DNA of 32,000 nt from the NCBI RefSeq assembly GCF_003044035.1, contig NZ_NVQC01000015.1, positions 30,001 through 62,000 of the forward strand, read 5' to 3'. This DNA is from Candidatus Methylomirabilis limnetica. GTDB lineage: Bacteria > Methylomirabilota > Methylomirabilia > Methylomirabilales > Methylomirabilaceae. The position numbers were made by a program, and so were the translations under genes. Of this stretch, positions 1 through 8,220 are shown in pieces. Under the pieces are notes generated by a model that saw nothing but the letters and a program-made list of their open reading frames with translations, searched no databases and was not told the origin of the DNA. Position 1 is the first letter of the stretch. Every line of letters starts with the position of its first letter.

Positions 1-378
1 ATCTCGGCTCTCGTCGACGCTGCGTACGGCTGGACTCTCCTGGTCAAGCTCCTACTTGTGGGCGGCGTCTTAATTATAGCGGCTGTCAACCGGTATTACT
101 TTCTCGCCCTACTGCTGCACAGGTCCGGCAGGGCCGAGGGACTGATCTTCAGGACGATCCGTCGGTTCACCAGGATGCCCCAGTCCCAGTTCTCCCGGTT
201 CATCCGGCTGGAGTGGATGCTGGTCGTCGTGGCGCTAGCCTGTTCAGCCCTCCTCACCCAACTCATGCCGGCCCGCCATGTACGCCACCTCGAACACCTC
301 AAGTCCCTTGAGCATAATGGCGGCCATCCGCCGGCGCACCACACGCCAACGCCAATGCCACCATCAACGCAAAGGTAG
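1..378 (+). CDS. copD: CopD-family copper resistance/transport membrane protein, C-terminal part (5' end lies outside the window)
   Basis: Frame 1 is open from base 1 to TAG at 376-378. Terminal hydrophobic helices (LLVKLLLVGGVLIIAAVNRYYF; LEWMLVVVALACSALLTQLMP) resemble the last CopD helices. They are followed by a His-rich tail (HVRHLEHLKSLEHNGGHPPAHH). Family call is from recalled sequence pattern, not a search. Confidence 0.6.
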   Translation: MSALVDAAYGWTLLVKLLLVGGVLIIAAVNRYYFLALLLHRSGRAEGLIFRTIRRFTRMPQSQFSRFIRLEWMLVVVALACSALLTQLMPARHVRHLEHLKSLEHNGGHPPAHHTPTPMPPSTQR

Positions 379-382
379 ATGA

Positions 383-685
383 GTGTTGACAGCGAAGCGG
401 CCCCGCGCACGGCCCATTGAAGCACTTGCTCTTGTCCTGATCCTTTCGCTCTTCGCGTTCGCAGCCGCGCTCCACTCGGTGCACCACCTCGGTCATCTCA
501 ACCAGGCGACCAAGTGCGGGGTTGCGTCGGCCTCCGCACATCTGGCCGGCACCGCCGTCGAGTCCGTGGCCATCGAGAAACCTGCTCTGCTCTTGGAGAT
601 CATTCCAGGAGCCCTCTTTACTGATCCTTCTATCGCATGTCTCGCTCCTGTCCAGGGACGCGCTCCCCCTTCTTTCACTGCCTAA
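383..685 (+). CDS. Small membrane protein with His cluster, Cys residues and C-terminal RAPP motif (DUF2946-like)
   Basis: GTG start lies 5 nt after the copD stop. N-terminal helix ALALVLILSLFAFAAAL is followed by HSVHHLGH, then KCG, a second hydrophobic stretch and GRAPPSFTA at the C-terminus. This architecture matches what I recall for DUF2946 proteins that accompany copper TonB receptor/PepSY loci. Confidence 0.5.
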   Translation: MLTAKRPRARPIEALALVLILSLFAFAAALHSVHHLGHLNQATKCGVASASAHLAGTAVESVAIEKPALLLEIIPGALFTDPSIACLAPVQGRAPPSFTA

Positions 686-723
686 ACTTCACGCCATTGG
701 TTAGAAGGTCTCCAGCCCTCAGC

Positions 724-778
724 GTAGGGGCGACTCTTGTGGTCGCCCAATCCGGGCAGGCACAAGGCCTGCCCCTAC
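724..778. repeat. REP-like composite palindrome (two GC-rich hairpins inside an outer stem)
   Basis: GTAGGGG...CCCCTAC encloses GGGCGAC-tcttgtg-GTCGCCC and GGGCAGGC-acaag-GCCTGCCC. The artefactual translation (GATLVVAQSGQAQGLPLQ) is typical of dispersed intergenic palindromes. Confidence 0.7.
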
Positions 779-835
779 AAAGGGAAGGAGATTGGAGTGG
801 CACGCCACCGGCGCATGGGGTATTGCTCAGCCGTA

Positions 836-868
836 ACCGTAGGTCGGGTTAGCGCAGCGTAACCCGAC
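836..868. repeat. REP-like hairpin
   Basis: GTCGGGTTA (843-851) pairs perfectly with TAACCCGAC (860-868) around loop GCGCAGCG. Confidence 0.7.
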
Positions 869-870
869 AA

Positions 871-926
871 CTCAGCCAAGGCGAAGGAACTATCAGAAGC
901 TGAACGCTGACTGCTGATCGCTTAGG
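871..926. repeat. Heptamer-periodic tandem repeat (about 8 units)
   Basis: ctcagcc aaggcga aggaact atcagaa gctgaac gctgact gctgatc gcttagg shows 7-nt periodicity of the GCTGANN type. It belongs to the same family as tracts at 17853-18095, 20709-20747 and 29738-29937. Confidence 0.65.
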
Positions 927-965
927 CAGAATTGCATTGATGGGTCTTTGGGAGGAGTAACCACT

Positions 966-1184
966 ATGGACAAGTGTTTATTGCGCGTCGATGAAGCGGC
1001 GATACTGCTGACCGTCAGCCGTTGGACCATTTATCGCTGGGTGCAGGAAGGCCGATTGGATGCAACCAAGATAGGGAAAGGGAGTCTCCGCATCTTTCAG
1101 ACCTCTGTGGCTGCGCTGATCGAGCAGAACCGGACTTGGGACGCCGAGGTAAGTAAGAGCCATCGGATACTGCAGCCGCGATGA
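966..1184 (+). CDS. Excisionase-family / MerR-like helix-turn-helix DNA-binding protein
   Basis: ATG at 966 is preceded by GGAGG (951-955). The motif LLRVDEAAILLTVSRWTIYRWVQEGRLDATKIGKGSLRI matches the HTH_17/excisionase pattern (xxEAAxxLgVSrxTIYRWxxxGxLxaxKiGr). Confidence 0.7.
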   Translation: MDKCLLRVDEAAILLTVSRWTIYRWVQEGRLDATKIGKGSLRIFQTSVAALIEQNRTWDAEVSKSHRILQPR

Positions 1185-1294
1185 CCTACGAGCGGCTTGG
1201 TCAGCACGGAGTATTTGTAGCAGCCATGAGCAAGCATCAGTAGACACGCTCGTCCGGAAGAAGTAGAAAGGGTCGTGAACTATGTTCCTGCTCA

Positions 1295-1660
1295 GTGTCG
1301 TCTGCCGAAGGAGACGGAGCTTCACCAGTGGCGCGCTTGAATAGATCATCCCACGAATCTCGGCCTCTGAGGCCCCTTGCGGTCTCAGCGCTCTGTCTCT
1401 ATCTGCTGGTCAATGCGTTCCTCATTCTATGTCTAGTCCATCCCCATGATACACACCTCCAAGGCCAGACCGATAATCGTCTCAGTTCTGTCTGTGAGTG
1501 GGTTTACAAAACCGTCTCCCCCCATGTGCCATCGTCAGGGGTCTCCCTGCCGTTGGCGGCGGCTGTACTGCTCGTCTTCCTCCCGTTGGTGCGGCTCAGT
1601 CCCGAGCCCTGCCCTATCAGGCTGACCGGCCGTTCCCCACCCCTGCTCGCCTTCGCATAA
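1295..1660 (+). CDS. Second small His/Cys membrane protein ending in RSPP (DUF2946-like paralogue); start uncertain (GTG 1295 or GTG 1328)
   Basis: GGAGACGGAG lies 8 nt upstream of GTG 1328. Helix LAVSALCLYLLVNAFLILCLV is followed by HPHDTH, then CEW, a second hydrophobic segment LPLAAAVLLVFLPLV, and C-terminal TGRSPPLLAFA. The architecture is the same as ORF 383-685. Confidence 0.45.
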   Translation: MSSAEGDGASPVARLNRSSHESRPLRPLAVSALCLYLLVNAFLILCLVHPHDTHLQGQTDNRLSSVCEWVYKTVSPHVPSSGVSLPLAAAVLLVFLPLVRLSPEPCPIRLTGRSPPLLAFA

Positions 1661-1874
1661 GTCTTTCCACTCGAGTACTCGAACCAGCACACGACACAAT
1701 TATCTCGCGTGAACCAAGACGCCTGAGCCTTTTCTAGGACTTTGGTAGGTCCTGGGAACGAATCATGTCGTTATGGGCGCCATGGGCTACAGCCCTGGCT
1801 CGCATCAGCGTCGCTATATCTTTTCGCTCGCTATACTCCTACGTGGGAATGACGGAGGAACTGGAGGTGTCATC

Positions 1875-2129
1875 GTGAAGACTGCGCCCGTCGGAAGATC
1901 GCGTCAAATCATGAGCCAACACATGTCCCACGAGAAGAGAGTCCACCCATCGCGCGACTACTTCGTTGAAGCGCTCCGCATCCTCGACAATGACATCACA
2001 CTCGAGCCGCAGCGCGAGCACCTGGCGGCGCTGTGGGGGTTGGTGATCGGCATGAGCCGCAGGCTCACGCTGAATGCAAGGACAGGGGGATCTCAGTGTC
2101 ATCAACAATGTGGGAAAGGTACAACGTGA
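1875..2129 (+). CDS. Hypothetical small protein upstream of exbB
   Basis: GGAGG (1863-1867) lies 7 nt before GTG 1875. Third-position GC is high through most of the frame. No recognisable motif. The 239-aa antisense ORF here is a shadow. Confidence 0.35.
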   Translation: MKTAPVGRSRQIMSQHMSHEKRVHPSRDYFVEALRILDNDITLEPQREHLAALWGLVIGMSRRLTLNARTGGSQCHQQCGKGTT

Positions 2130-2139
2130 GGAGTCAGAT

Positions 2140-2742
2140 ATGGCTGCAATGATAACGTTTCTGGCGAAAGGCGGGCCCGTCATGATCCCCCTGTTGGCCT
2201 GCTCCATCACCGGGCTGGCCGTAGTCCTCGAACGGGCGCTGTTCTGGTGGCGCCTCCGACGCGTCGATGCGGCGCGGCGCATGCTTAACCTGGCCGCACA
2301 AGGGAACTGGGATGAGGCCCTCCACCTGGGGGCATCCTCCGACTGCCCCATCGCGAAGGTCCTGGCTGCGGGGATTGCGCATCGGAATCCCGCTCCGGCA
2401 GAAGCTATGGGGGTCGCGGCGCTGAAGGAGCGAGATCGGCTCAGGCGATACCTTCCAGCCCTCGACACGATCATCACCCTCTCCCCCCTGCTCGGCCTGC
2501 TCGGTACCGTGACCGGGATGATTAGCGCGTTTGGGGTGATGGCCTCAGGCGCGATCAATCAGCCCCATGCTATTACCGGGGGCGTGGCGGAGGCCCTCAT
2601 TGCCACGGCGACCGGACTTGCCATCGCGATTGTCACCCTGGTCCCGTACAACTATTTCAGCGCCAAGGCTGAACGTATACTTGATGCCATGGAACGCGAC
2701 GGCTCGCACCTTGAGCTGCTGCTGAAGGAGGCCTCCCGGTGA
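2140..2742 (+). CDS. exbB: MotA/TolQ/ExbB proton-channel protein
   Basis: GAGGAG precedes ATG 2140. Sequence runs GGPVMIPLLACSITGLAVVLERALFW ... LDTIITLSPLLGLLGTVTGMISAF ... GGVAEALIATATGLAIAIVTLVPYNYF, which is the canonical ExbB/TolQ pattern. The stop overlaps the exbD start (GTGA). Confidence 0.9.
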   Translation: MAAMITFLAKGGPVMIPLLACSITGLAVVLERALFWWRLRRVDAARRMLNLAAQGNWDEALHLGASSDCPIAKVLAAGIAHRNPAPAEAMGVAALKERDRLRRYLPALDTIITLSPLLGLLGTVTGMISAFGVMASGAINQPHAITGGVAEALIATATGLAIAIVTLVPYNYFSAKAERILDAMERDGSHLELLLKEASR

Positions 2743-3158
2743 AGCTTCCCCGCCGCCCACCACCGAAAGCGCGCATTGAGATCATCCCGATGATCGACAC
2801 GGTCTTCTTTCTCCTGGTCTTCTTCATGATGTCGTCGCTGTCGATGGCCGTCTATCGGGGGATGCCAATCGATCTTCCTAAGGCGGGAACGGGGCAGCAG
2901 GGCGTGCGTGATCATGCGGCGGTCACGCTCACAAAAGATGGACAGCTCTATCTGGACAAGCAACCCATTTCGCTCGATCAGCTTCGAGGGCGGCTGAAGG
3001 AGTTGCTCGAGGTGAACCCGGAACTCACGGTGGTCCTCAGCGCGGATGAGGCGGTGTCGCACGGGCGCGTCGTGGAGGCAATGGATATCGCCAGGTGGGC
3101 CGGCTCGAACAGGCTGGCGATCGCGGTGAAGCCGAATCAGATGAGGCGTGAGGAGTGA
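2739..3158 (+). CDS. exbD: ExbD/TolR biopolymer transport protein
   Basis: N-terminus ARIEIIPMIDTVFFLLVFFMM, followed by ITLTKDGQLYLD and LSADEAVSHGRVVEAMDIAR. Start and stop overlap both neighbouring genes. Confidence 0.9.
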   Translation: MKLPRRPPPKARIEIIPMIDTVFFLLVFFMMSSLSMAVYRGMPIDLPKAGTGQQGVRDHAAVTLTKDGQLYLDKQPISLDQLRGRLKELLEVNPELTVVLSADEAVSHGRVVEAMDIARWAGSNRLAIAVKPNQMRREE

Positions 3159-4057
3159 AGGTCCATTCGTTTAGAGGTCCCGCTGTGGCCTCCGGCCTGA
3201 TCCACCTCTCATTGCTGGCCCTTACCTCGCTCGTGCCGGGTCTGGGCCTCTCCGCCCCCTTAGAGATGCGGCTCCCCATTGAGATCATCACAGTCGGAGA
3301 GGCTGACGCGCCGGCGCCTCAGCGATCTACGCTGCACACTGGGCGGATATTGAAGGACCGGCTCCGAACTCCTGGCGTCCCCTCGTCGCCTGCAAATCCC
3401 ACTGCTCTTCCATCTAATCCCAACATCGAGACGCCGCAGGTGGTACAGACGCCGTCACACGAGTCGTCAGTGCCACGCGAACAGCCACCAATGCCGCTAC
3501 TGCCGCCTGAGGCTGTTGTAGAACTGAAGGCCGCCGCCGCATCGACGCGAGCATTTCCGGCAAGTGTAGCAGAAGACAACTCCGGGCAGATCGTCACTGT
3601 GAGGCAGGATACACAGGCGTTGATCGGTCACCAAGCTGCCGGCGGGACGGTGCAGATCAATCGCAATACTGTTGCAGCGGGGGTTGGCGTCGTGGCGTCT
3701 GCTCGGACGGATGGCTATTCTCCTGCCTACAAGGCGGCTGGTGGGGGGAGGGCAGGTATCGACGATGGCGGCCTGATCGACGGCAGGAAGCTCAAGGGCG
3801 GCTACCAGGTCACCCCCCGCTATCCGGAGTCGGCCCGGCGGACCGGCATCGAGGGGACGGCTCTCCTCAAATTCCTGGTTCAGGCCGATGGCGGTGTGGC
3901 CAGCGTCACGATTGAGCGATCGTCCGGTCACGTGGATCTCGACCACGCGGCCGTCCAGGCGGTCAGGCGATGGCGCTTCGAACCGGCAAGAAAAGGCCAC
4001 CGGGTCGTCGCCGTCTGGGTCGTCCTCCCTGTGGAGTTCAGGTTGAAAAAATGGTGA
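3155..4057 (+). CDS. tonB: TonB-family energy transducer
   Basis: N-terminal anchor helix and a long Pro-rich linker (PGVPSSPANPTALPSNPNIETPQVVQTP...PPMPLLPPE). C-terminal TonB_C pattern: YPESARRTGIEGTALLKFLVQADGGVASVTIERSSGHVDLDHAAVQAVRRWRFEPA. Confidence 0.9.
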   Translation: MKVHSFRGPAVASGLIHLSLLALTSLVPGLGLSAPLEMRLPIEIITVGEADAPAPQRSTLHTGRILKDRLRTPGVPSSPANPTALPSNPNIETPQVVQTPSHESSVPREQPPMPLLPPEAVVELKAAAASTRAFPASVAEDNSGQIVTVRQDTQALIGHQAAGGTVQINRNTVAAGVGVVASARTDGYSPAYKAAGGGRAGIDDGGLIDGRKLKGGYQVTPRYPESARRTGIEGTALLKFLVQADGGVASVTIERSSGHVDLDHAAVQAVRRWRFEPARKGHRVVAVWVVLPVEFRLKKW

Positions 4058-4114
4058 GGGTCGGGCTGATTCTCACAGGTAGCCCCATGGACGTTCATAC
4101 AGGAGGAGACAACG

Positions 4115-6490
4115 ATGGAACGAGGCGACGATAGACACACGTGCAGGCGTACAGCAGCCCTTGTGGGGCTGACAACATTCATGGCATGGAGCGCCTTCGC
4201 GGGTGAACGAGTCGTCTGGGCCCAGCTCCAGGCCACCCCGGATCCCCAGCAGGTAGCTCAGAAGGCACAGCGACGTCAGGAGCTTCTGGGCCAGTTGGAG
4301 CAGATCGAGAAGGAGCTTCAGGCGCTTGATCCGGAGGAGAAGGTTAGAGCCGCCCCACCTGCCCCTGCAGCCACTGTGAGTCAGCCAGTGGCCCCTCCGA
4401 CTCCAGGCGAACCGTTGGTCCTGGAGCCTGTCAAGGTGCTCGCCACCCGGATGGAGGAGAAGCCGGTTGGCCGGACCGTCAGCACGGTTGAGCAGGAGGA
4501 CATAGAGGACGCGCGGGCCTTCAGCGTCAGGGAGCTACTCGAGGCCACCCCAGGAGTCACCCTCTCGCAGGGGAACGGACCCCGTGATGTGGGCATCTCC
4601 ATTCGAGGGTCCGGCGCCAAGACCACCTTCGGCATCCGGAACATCAAGGTCTTCGATGACTGGTTTCCAGCCACCCAACCGGACGGCCTCTCGCGGACGG
4701 ACCTGAACGATCCCCATGCCTATGAGGGGGTCGATGTCCTGCGAGGGCCCTCATCGTCACTCTATGACAACTACGCCCTCGGAGGCGTGGTCAATTTCCG
4801 CACCCGCAAAGGGCGCGACATTCGAGGCGTTGAGGTAGGGAATGAGGGCGGGAGCTACGGCTATTCGAACCACTACGTCCAGATCGGGGATCAGCTCGAC
4901 AAGCTCGAGTACTCCCTCTTTGGAAGCCACGTCCGGGGTGACGGCTTCCTGGGCAACAGCAAATTCCACACCACCACTGAAAACCTGGTGGCCACCTTCA
5001 CCCCGGATGAGAAGCGATCGATCACGCTGAAGTTCATCAATAATGACATTGACACCAGGACTCCAAGCCGCCTGACGCTGGCGGAATTTCGAGCCAATCC
5101 ACTGAGCGCAGGGCGAACCTTTGTGACCGGCAAGGGCTTCGTCACCGCCGAGCAGGCGCGCCAGGGGAGAAACGATAATCGCACGATTGTCGGCGCCCGA
5201 TACGAACATCAACTGGACGCGCAGACCGGGTTCCGCCTCCTGGGGAGCTATGATTACAAGGACATTAACCAGACCTTCGGAACGATAGGTGATAACGAGA
5301 ATCCGAGCTTTAACGCCTATGGCGACATCACCCGGGAAGGAACCCTGTGGGGCCTTGCGGCGAAACACTATGCAGGCTTCTTCTTCAATTACATGGAGCA
5401 GGAATCGAGCAACTTCTTCAACCTGGCCGACTACCATGGCAGCCGCGGCGACTTGCAGGCCAATTCCCGAGGCCACATCCGCAATATCGGGGGTCGAGTG
5501 CGGGAGGAGGTCCAGTTCTCGCCGCGATGGATCGGGTACCTTGGGGTGGGTGTGGAGGGCTCGGAGATCCGGACCACAGTCCGATCCCGCAACAGCACGA
5601 CCGCCCCGCTCAGCAGGGTCGATGTGAGTCGCGACTTCATAAATGTGGCGCCGGAGGCAGGGGTGATCTATCGCGTAAACCCGGACCTCCAGATCCGTGG
5701 GCGGGTAGCGACCGCCTACGGCATCCCGGGGATCGGCGATCTGACTACGGCTACGACAGGGCTCGCGGGGAACAATACCGGCTTGAAGACGCAGCGCAAT
5801 GTCGGGGTGGAGCTGGGGATCGATGTCCGACCCCTGCCGACTGTCACGGCAAGCCTGACGGGCTACTACGAGTTCTACTTCAACGAATTCGTCCGACAGT
5901 CGCCCGGCGCGGGCATGTCGTCCTTTACCAGTAACGCCCCCAACGCCGAGCATCGCGGGATCGAGGCGGAGCTGGCCTGGCGGCCATTCGCGGGGGCGAA
6001 GGTATCAACCGCATACACCTTCAACGACCACATCTACACAGAGTTTACGGAAAGTATCTGCTCCAGTGCAGCGTACAAGAGTTTCGATAGGAGCGGCAAT
6101 AAGATCCCGGGCGTTGAACGGCATTTCCTGAACGCGAGGATCGCGTACGACACAAGCCATCGCAGCGAGTGGTGGCGCGGGGCGGGCGGATGGCTGGAGG
6201 TCAACTGGTTGAACGATTACTTCGTGAACAACAGCAACACGCTGAAGACTGAGCCCTACCAACTGGTGAACCTGAACCTCCATTACGACCGCGAGGTCAC
6301 GATCCCCTTTGTCCGATCGATGTCGGCCTTCTTTGAGATTCAGAATCTGTTCGACGCAACCTACATGGCAAGCGCCAACGTCGTGGCCGATGCGCTCAGC
6401 GATACGCCGGCCAATCTGGCGACGTCAAAGCAGGCCTTTTTCGCCGGCCAGCCGCGATCCTATTTTGCCGGCCTCAAGCTCAGATTTTAG
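4115..6490 (+). CDS. TonB-dependent outer-membrane receptor (substrate unknown) with an N-terminal coiled-coil/Pro-rich extension
   Basis: AGGAGG lies 8 nt before the ATG. Plug motifs are present (VDVLRGPSSSLYDNYALGGVVNF). There is a long beta-barrel region and a C-terminal YFAGLKLRF with terminal Phe. The gene follows exbBD-tonB. Confidence 0.9.
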   Translation: MERGDDRHTCRRTAALVGLTTFMAWSAFAGERVVWAQLQATPDPQQVAQKAQRRQELLGQLEQIEKELQALDPEEKVRAAPPAPAATVSQPVAPPTPGEPLVLEPVKVLATRMEEKPVGRTVSTVEQEDIEDARAFSVRELLEATPGVTLSQGNGPRDVGISIRGSGAKTTFGIRNIKVFDDWFPATQPDGLSRTDLNDPHAYEGVDVLRGPSSSLYDNYALGGVVNFRTRKGRDIRGVEVGNEGGSYGYSNHYVQIGDQLDKLEYSLFGSHVRGDGFLGNSKFHTTTENLVATFTPDEKRSITLKFINNDIDTRTPSRLTLAEFRANPLSAGRTFVTGKGFVTAEQARQGRNDNRTIVGARYEHQLDAQTGFRLLGSYDYKDINQTFGTIGDNENPSFNAYGDITREGTLWGLAAKHYAGFFFNYMEQESSNFFNLADYHGSRGDLQANSRGHIRNIGGRVREEVQFSPRWIGYLGVGVEGSEIRTTVRSRNSTTAPLSRVDVSRDFINVAPEAGVIYRVNPDLQIRGRVATAYGIPGIGDLTTATTGLAGNNTGLKTQRNVGVELGIDVRPLPTVTASLTGYYEFYFNEFVRQSPGAGMSSFTSNAPNAEHRGIEAELAWRPFAGAKVSTAYTFNDHIYTEFTESICSSAAYKSFDRSGNKIPGVERHFLNARIAYDTSHRSEWWRGAGGWLEVNWLNDYFVNNSNTLKTEPYQLVNLNLHYDREVTIPFVRSMSAFFEIQNLFDATYMASANVVADALSDTPANLATSKQAFFAGQPRSYFAGLKLRF

Positions 6491-6495
6491 GAAGG

Positions 6496-8046
6496 ATGGA
6501 GATGGAGAGGAAGCCGGTCCGAAAACGGACACGCTGGTACCGGAGGATGACCATCCTCAAGCTTCACAAATGGGCGGGCCTGATCTCGGCTGTCTGGCTG
6601 TGCGTGCTCGGGGCGACCGGCTTCCTTCTCGATCACAAGGAGTGGCGGTGGATGTGGTTTTCGACCGTTTCAGAACGCGTGTTGCCTGAATCGGTGACGA
6701 GTCTCAGTCGGACCGTGATTCAGATCCTACAGGTCAATCCGGATCGGCCGATGCATCAGGTAGCTGCGGGATCGCGTGGGTTGTGGGTCACGGAGGACGG
6801 GGCCAAGAGCTGGCAGCGGACACGGGTGATCGGGGACGAGGGTGGGCAGGTCCAGGTCTTTGCGGTTGAACCGGACCCGGAGCACGGCTGGAATCGGCTC
6901 TGGATCGGAACGGATGATGGGTTATGGACGTCGGAGGATGGCGGCAAGACGCTTGTGAAAGCCGGGATGGAGAGACAGAGGATTACGGCGCTAACGGCAG
7001 GGGCGAGCCATGCGGAACTGTACGGAGCGGCGGATCGAAGCCGGATATTCCAACTGCGCACCGACGAACCGGACCGTCCGGACTGGCTCCGCTTCGAGGC
7101 ACCGGCGGCCGATGCGCTACCGCGCCAGATTTCCTTGCGACGGCTCGTCATCGACCTGCACGTCGGCAATGGACTCTTCGCCAGAAACACCTCCCTCCTG
7201 CTCAACGATATTGCAAGCCTTGGTCTGTGCGCCCTGGCGCTGAGCGGGGTGTTCTATTGGGGTTTCCCCAAGTACTGGCGGCACCGCCGGCGAAACTGCG
7301 GTCAGATTCGCGTCGAAACCAAACGCAAGATTCTCATCTGGCTGTTTCGCCTCCATGGCCCATTGATCGGGCTGTGCGCCGCTGTGCCGCTCCTCTATCT
7401 CGCCATTACTGGCATCCTCTTTGGGCATCGAGAGCTAGGTGATTGGCTCGGAAGGGTACGAATCCCCGCGATGTTCCATCCCCCTGTGTACCACTTGAAT
7501 GCCTGGGACGGGTGGATTGAGGCGGTTATCGGGTATCCGGGTCAACCGGAGAAGCTGTCCATCGGGACTCGGATCGGGCTCTTCACGTCCAAGGACGAAG
7601 GCCGCACCTGGTTGGCAGAGCAGGCTGGTACCGAGCGAATACCAGCAGCCCGAAGGCTTCGCCGCTTTGGGGAGCGGGTCTACATAGGCGGCTGGATGGG
7701 CGGCGGCAGTTATCTCAGGCAGCAAGACGGGGCCGAGTGGCTCAAGCTCTCGGACCGCCATGCCAACATGGCCCGCGACATCACACGGCTGGAGGACGGC
7801 CAGATCGGATGGCTCCATCAGGGGAAGACGGTGGTGATGACGGATCGATCGGGTCAGGTCAGTGGCCAGATCGAGCTGACCCAGCCCATGGAGGATGGCG
7901 TGCCGTGGTACTACGTCCTTAATAGGCTTCACGATGGGATGATCTTCTGGGAACACTGGAAGTGGCTGAACGATCTCTTTGCGGTCCTGGCCACGACGCT
8001 GCTCGTGACCGGACTCATCCGCTGGTGGCGGGTCAAGTGGCGTTAA
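6496..8046 (+). CDS. PepSY-associated-TM-type membrane protein whose periplasmic loops carry Asp-box (BNR-like) repeats
   Basis: Four PepSY_TM-like helices: LHKWAGLISAVWLCVLGATGFLL; LHVGNGLF...LGLCALALSGVFYW; LHGPLIGLCAAVPLLYLAITGILF; LHDGMIFW...LFAVLATTLLVTGLIRWW. Loops contain TEDGAKSW, SEDGGKTL and SKDEGRTW. ATG 6502 is an alternative start. Confidence 0.75.
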   Translation: MEMERKPVRKRTRWYRRMTILKLHKWAGLISAVWLCVLGATGFLLDHKEWRWMWFSTVSERVLPESVTSLSRTVIQILQVNPDRPMHQVAAGSRGLWVTEDGAKSWQRTRVIGDEGGQVQVFAVEPDPEHGWNRLWIGTDDGLWTSEDGGKTLVKAGMERQRITALTAGASHAELYGAADRSRIFQLRTDEPDRPDWLRFEAPAADALPRQISLRRLVIDLHVGNGLFARNTSLLLNDIASLGLCALALSGVFYWGFPKYWRHRRRNCGQIRVETKRKILIWLFRLHGPLIGLCAAVPLLYLAITGILFGHRELGDWLGRVRIPAMFHPPVYHLNAWDGWIEAVIGYPGQPEKLSIGTRIGLFTSKDEGRTWLAEQAGTERIPAARRLRRFGERVYIGGWMGGGSYLRQQDGAEWLKLSDRHANMARDITRLEDGQIGWLHQGKTVVMTDRSGQVSGQIELTQPMEDGVPWYYVLNRLHDGMIFWEHWKWLNDLFAVLATTLLVTGLIRWWRVKWR

Positions 8047-8092
8047 GCATTGATGAACCGATCAGTGGTAAGCGCCGAACTTTTCGCCCACC

Positions 8093-8122
8093 TTGACACT
8101 TGAAAAATCTCTATGGTAGAGT
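8093..8122 (+). promoter_or_regulatory. Candidate sigma70 promoter for the SmbP-like gene
   Basis: TTGACA (8093-8098), an 18-nt spacer, then TAGAGT (8117-8122) preceded by TGG. About 100 nt upstream of ATG 8221. Confidence 0.45.
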
Positions 8123-8220
8123 TACCAGGCTTCTGCAACATGATGTGTTCAGGAGCTTCGATGGAGGAACAAGCGCGTTAAAGGGGAAAGTGGGCAATCT
8201 ATCACGAGGAGGAAGTCAGG

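Noticed and set aside
4757-5953. 398-aa minus-strand ORF, plus several other long ORFs antisense to or out of frame with the TonB-dependent receptor
   Set aside because: It lies entirely within a gene that has clear receptor motifs on the plus strand. Its composition is Arg/Gly/Ala/Pro-rich, typical of shadow frames in GC-rich coding DNA. The same applies to 1839-2558 (antisense to exbB), 6756-7956 (inside the PepSY_TM-type gene), 9371-12548 (inside metH), 12881-13345 and 14100-14570 (porin), and 15284-16189 (heme genes).
4115-6490. Calling the receptor an OprC/NosA-type copper receptor
   Set aside because: The mature protein has a single Cys. It lacks the CxxxM...HxM-type copper site I recall for OprC. 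Only genomic context points to copper, so the substrate is left open.
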